From positions 29,016,001 to 29,080,000 of the forward strand of contig NC_083234.1 of the NCBI RefSeq assembly GCF_032191835.1: a stretch of DNA of 64,000 nt, written 5' to 3'. Below are positions 60,268 through 64,000 of this stretch, in pieces (position 1 is the stretch's first letter; every line of letters begins with the position of its first letter). The notes under the pieces were generated by a model. That model was not told the origin of the DNA and did not search any database. It saw nothing but the letters and a program-made list of their open reading frames with translations. A program made the position numbers and the translations under genes. The stretch comes from Heteronotia binoei (Eukaryota).

Positions 60268-60480
60268 TGACCTGGATGGCCCAGACTAGCTCCACCTTGT
60301 CAAATGTCCAAAGTTCAACAAGATCAGCCCTGGTTAGTACTTGGATGGGAAACCTCCAAGGAAGTCCAGGGTTGCTATGCAAAAGAAAGTAATGGGAAAC
60401 CACCCCTGTTCATCTCTTGCCCTGAAAACCCTACAAGGTCGCCATAAGCAGGCTGTGACAACAGCACTTTTCACCACCAA
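60268..60480 (+). mobile_element. 5S rRNA-derived SINE (5S-Sauria-like)
   Basis: CCCTGGTTAGTACTTGGATGGGA (5S internal promoter region) followed by the tail GAAAACCCTACAAGGTCGCCATAAG. Confidence 0.78.
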
Positions 60481-60774
60481 TCAGATATCAAAACCACACA
60501 GACTATGCGTGAAAAATTTGGAATTTTCTGAAATAATCAAATTCCAGTGCAGAATTTTATGGGGAGGAGGGAGACTGAGCAGATTGCAATTTCATATTCA
60601 AGTGCCTTTACTGTTACTAATGTTTAGCTTTGAACATAATTTATCTCATTGTTTTTCTTAACAACCCGTGTGAAGTACATCATTAATACTCCTGTTTTGC
60701 AGAAGCTCAGAAATAGCAATTTTACCCCCTAGTGCCTCTTAGCATACAAGGAGATGTTTTAAAGCTACAGCAAA

Positions 60775-61172
60775 AAAAACCCAATGGTGGAATCAACTAC
60801 CAGAGGAGGTGCGAGCCCTGCGAGACCTAAATCAGTTTCGCAGGGCTTGCAAAACCACCCTCTGTCAACTCGCGTTTAAGATGGAACCTGGAAATAACAC
60901 CTAGCCATCCTATACATATATTGAACTGTGGCACTTTAATTTGTAGCTGTTAATAATCTTGTTTATTTAATTGAATTGAATGTATTTAACTATTTTAATT
61001 GTTTTTTATTGTAATGATTGGATTTTAGTGTAATCATGGTTTTAACTGTTTTAAGGTTTTAACTGTTTTAAATGTTTAACTGTCTATATATTTAAATATT
61101 GTTTAATTTTATGTTTTATTAATTGTTGGGAGCCGCCCTGAGCCATTTGTGGGAAGGGCGGGATACAAATAA

Positions 61173-61211
<39 letters not shown>

Positions 61212-61300
61212 ATCGGTGTAAACCATGTCATGTGAGCCGCCCTGAGCCCGCTTTGGCGGGGGAGGGCGGGATATAAGAATAAATTTATTATTATTATTAA
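60775..61300 (+). mobile_element. L2 3' end with duplicated terminal segment and (AAAT)n tail
   Basis: WWNQLPEEVRALRDLNQFRRACKTT-coding DNA, an AT-rich UTR, and two GAGCCGCCCTGAGCC...GGGCGGGATA tails. (AAAT)n at 61167-61213. Confidence 0.82.
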
Positions 61301-61679
61301 AAAAAGAGTCCACGATCCAATACAGAGTTAAAACACTACACTGTTTTGCATCATGACCAATCTAGACTCCCCCATTTAACTATAAATAGACGCCACAACC
61401 AACCCCATGGGTAATCTGCAATTAAAAGGTTAGTGTCACCCTTGAGAATTCATAGTACAGTAGTCAATAGCATTCAATCAGGAAGATGTGGATTCCAGTC
61501 CCAAAGCTGCCATCAGTTCACTTTCTGACAAACATCTACCTCAAAACTGTAAACATGGTAGAAAAAGGCAGCCAAAATGACCTCAAATAGTTGGAATATC
61601 TTCCCTCTGAGGAAAGAATTTGGGGCCTTAAGATGTGTGGGAAAGGGGATGAACGCATGAAACTGCCAACTCAGTATTG

Positions 61680-61828
61680 TCTACTCAGACTGGCAGTGGC
61701 TCCCTAAGGTCTCAAGCAGAGATCTTTCACAACACTGTCAGACCATTTAACTAGACACACTGGGGATTAAACCTGGGATCTTCTGCATGCCAAGCAGATG
61801 TTCTTCCACTGAGCCACATCCCCTCCCT
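61680..61828 (-). mobile_element. Squam3-like SINE, 5' part
   Basis: Reverse complement GTGGCTCAGTGG...CTTGGCATGCAGAAGATCCCAGGTTTAATCCCC. Shorter relics lie at about 18095-18170 and 35845-35930. Confidence 0.7.
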
Positions 61829-61989
61829 AACAGGGGTGAGTCTGTGTGTGTGTGACAGATATACATAAAATTATCAGGAGCTAAAGTATAAACTGTGTTG
61901 AGCAGCAGAGGTAGCATAGAAATCACCTAAATAAATGAATCAGAGTGAACATATTTTTGCTTCCCCTATAAAATACCAAAGATCAAACA

Positions 61990-62280
61990 ACCAAACAGCA
62001 GCATATTCAGGGCAGACTAAAGGCGTCTTCCTAGAATGAAAAACATTAATAACTTATGGAATTTGCCACCACCAGATAAGCCACTGGTTTATATATTCTT
62101 AAAAGGAGCATTAGACAAATTCATGGAGAAGGTCTTGGATAACAGTGGCTATGATCACGAATGGAACCTCCATGATTAGAGACCATATACTAATCAAGGG
62201 AGAAGTAAACAGCAGGGGAAGGATGTTGCCGTCATAACCTGCTTCTGCATTTCTCAAAGCATTTTGCTCATCACAGAGGG
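61990..62280 (+). mobile_element. Old CR1-type 3' fragment
   Basis: TTATGGAATTTGCCACC...TTAGACAAATTCATGGAG...GGAACCTCCATG. Related relics lie at about 24205-24270, 37365-37440 and 58400-58560. Confidence 0.5.
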
Positions 62281-63194
62281 AAAAGGGTACTGAGTATGTG
62301 GAACTTTGGTTTGATTGTCAAAATGTATTTACTTCAGTTATACCCCACATTTCTCCCTAGTGACCAAAAGCAGTTTACATTGTTCTCTTCTTCTCCATTT
62401 TACAACAAGGCTGGGAGAAAAGTTAGGCAGAGAGTGTGTGACTTGCCCAAAGTCACCCAGCAAGCATTCAAGGCTGAGGATTTGAACCTGGATCTCCCAG
62501 ATCTTAGTTTATGCTCTACCGCTGTACCGACACTGGTTCTAACTAGAAACCACTGTGACTTGCTTCTCAGCAGTTTTCTGGCAGGGCCCCTATAGTTTCA
62601 AAAGCAGTATGGCAGGCAGAAATTCAGCACATTTGCATTTTTACAAAAGGATTTGATTAGTTAATCAAATTTATTTATTATTTTGGATTTCTATCCTGTC
62701 CCCCCTGCAAGCAGGCTCAGAGCCGGTAACAACAAAGTTAAAACATTAAAAAAGATAAACATCTTAAAACAGCTATACAATGTTATTGCTCAATTTGTGT
62801 ATTGGCTTGTATGCTATTTCACTGTGTGCACTGGTTCTTGAACAGAAAAACACGGAGGAGCTAAACATAAACAGGAGAAGTTTCCCTTGCCTGCCTCTGC
62901 ATTGCGTATTTGCTCTAGCCAGGCCTCATTTTGGGCAGGAGCTCGCAGGACCGGCACTGTGGAGCCTATCAATTTTATTGTGTTCTTTCTTTCTTTCTTT
63001 ACCCCCTCCCCATTACTTGCTTCTAGACTGCATTGTTCAAATCACCTGTGAGAATTTTGTTGAACTCTAAGACTGACAAACTTTCTAATATTTTCCCCCA
63101 CCAAAAAATGGGAAAATAACCAAAACATATAAAGCAGACAGATGGAAATCTTCATCATGCCACTGTGAAAGTGATTTAAAAAGTATGATGGGAG

Positions 63195-63390
63195 CAGTGT
63201 TCCCTCTAAGCTGAGTTTGTGTGAGCTAGCTCAGTTTTTTTAGCTGCCACCTCATACATTTTTGTCTTTGCTCAGGAAAAATGGCCCCAGAGCAAACTAA
63301 TTTATGCAGTAGCTCAAAACTTTAATGCCAGTAGTTCACAAAGTAGAATTTTTGCTCACATAACCCCACAGCTTAGAGATGGGAGTAATG
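63195..63390 (+). mobile_element. hAT-like MITE (family A)
   Basis: Left TIR CAGTGTTCCCTCTAAGCTG. The right end is ambiguous because GATGGGAG occurs at both 63187-63194 and 63378-63385. Confidence 0.8.
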
Positions 63391-63569
63391 TTTTATTATG
63401 ACAATTATAATTCAAGAAGCATTTTAGGGTAGATGCTGGGCTGATATAATTTACTACACCTTCCAGTGATGTCAGGGGTGTGTGGCATATGCAAATAAAT
63501 TATGCTAATGAGCTCCAGCACCTCTTTTTCTATTAAATGACCCCTGGTTCTAGCAGGGGAAACAACTCC

Positions 63570-64000
63570 CCATAGGGTTTCCAGCTCTGGGTTAAGAAAT
63601 GCCTGGAGATTTGGAGGGGTGGAGCCTGAAGAGGGTGGGGTTTGGGGAGAGAAGGGATTCCAGCGGGGGTATAAAGTCACAGAATCCATCCTCCAAAGCA
63701 GCCATTTTCTCCAGGTAAACTGATCTCTATTGCCTGAAGATCAGTTGTAATGCCAGCAGATCACTTGACCCCTCTTGGAGGCTGGCAGCCTCACAATATT
63801 CTGTTCCTATTGAACAGCAGCATATGAAGGAGACAAGTTAGGGATGCCAGCCTCCAGGTGAGACCTGGAGATCCCCCGGAATTACAGCTTATCTCCAGAC
63901 TCCAGAGATCAGTTCCCCAGGAGAAAATGGATGTTTTGGAGAGCGGACTCTATGGCGTTCTATCCCACTGAGGTCCTGCCCCCCCCCCCCTAGGTTCCAC
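63570..64000. mobile_element. Two TAGGGTTGCCA-family MITE copies in opposite orientation (second cut by the window end)
   Basis: 63572 TAGGGTTTCCAGC to about 63790 GGCTGGCAGCCT, and 63838 TAGGGATGCCAGCCTCCAGG onward. Confidence 0.6.

Overview
Vertebrate nuclear DNA, inferred to be a squamate reptile and probably a gecko from the Squam-type and 5S SINEs, BovB, CR1, L2 and hAT MITE content. It has two assembly gaps. One host gene is recognisable: TMEM218 on the minus strand, with three coding exons (59326-59435, 56810-56912, 35079-35216) that splice in frame to a 116-aa protein. The most striking element is an apparently intact DIRS1-like tyrosine-recombinase retrotransposon (2007-8093). It has inverted terminal repeats, an internal complementary region that reconstructs the circle junction, and three undisrupted overlapping ORFs: Gag, RT-RNase H-methyltransferase, and tyrosine recombinase. 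The Gag and recombinase frames are separated by one TGA. The 21.6-kb last intron of TMEM218 holds a full-length but dead, sense-oriented L1 with a target-site duplication and a 1.9-kb foldback (palindromic, internally repetitive) element. Three L2 copies share a 40-nt coding-region hairpin with compensatory changes at synonymous sites. The rest is layered, often nested SINE, LINE and MITE debris. Repeat family names come from recalled consensus motifs, not database searches, and boundaries without a stated TSD or splice site are approximate.
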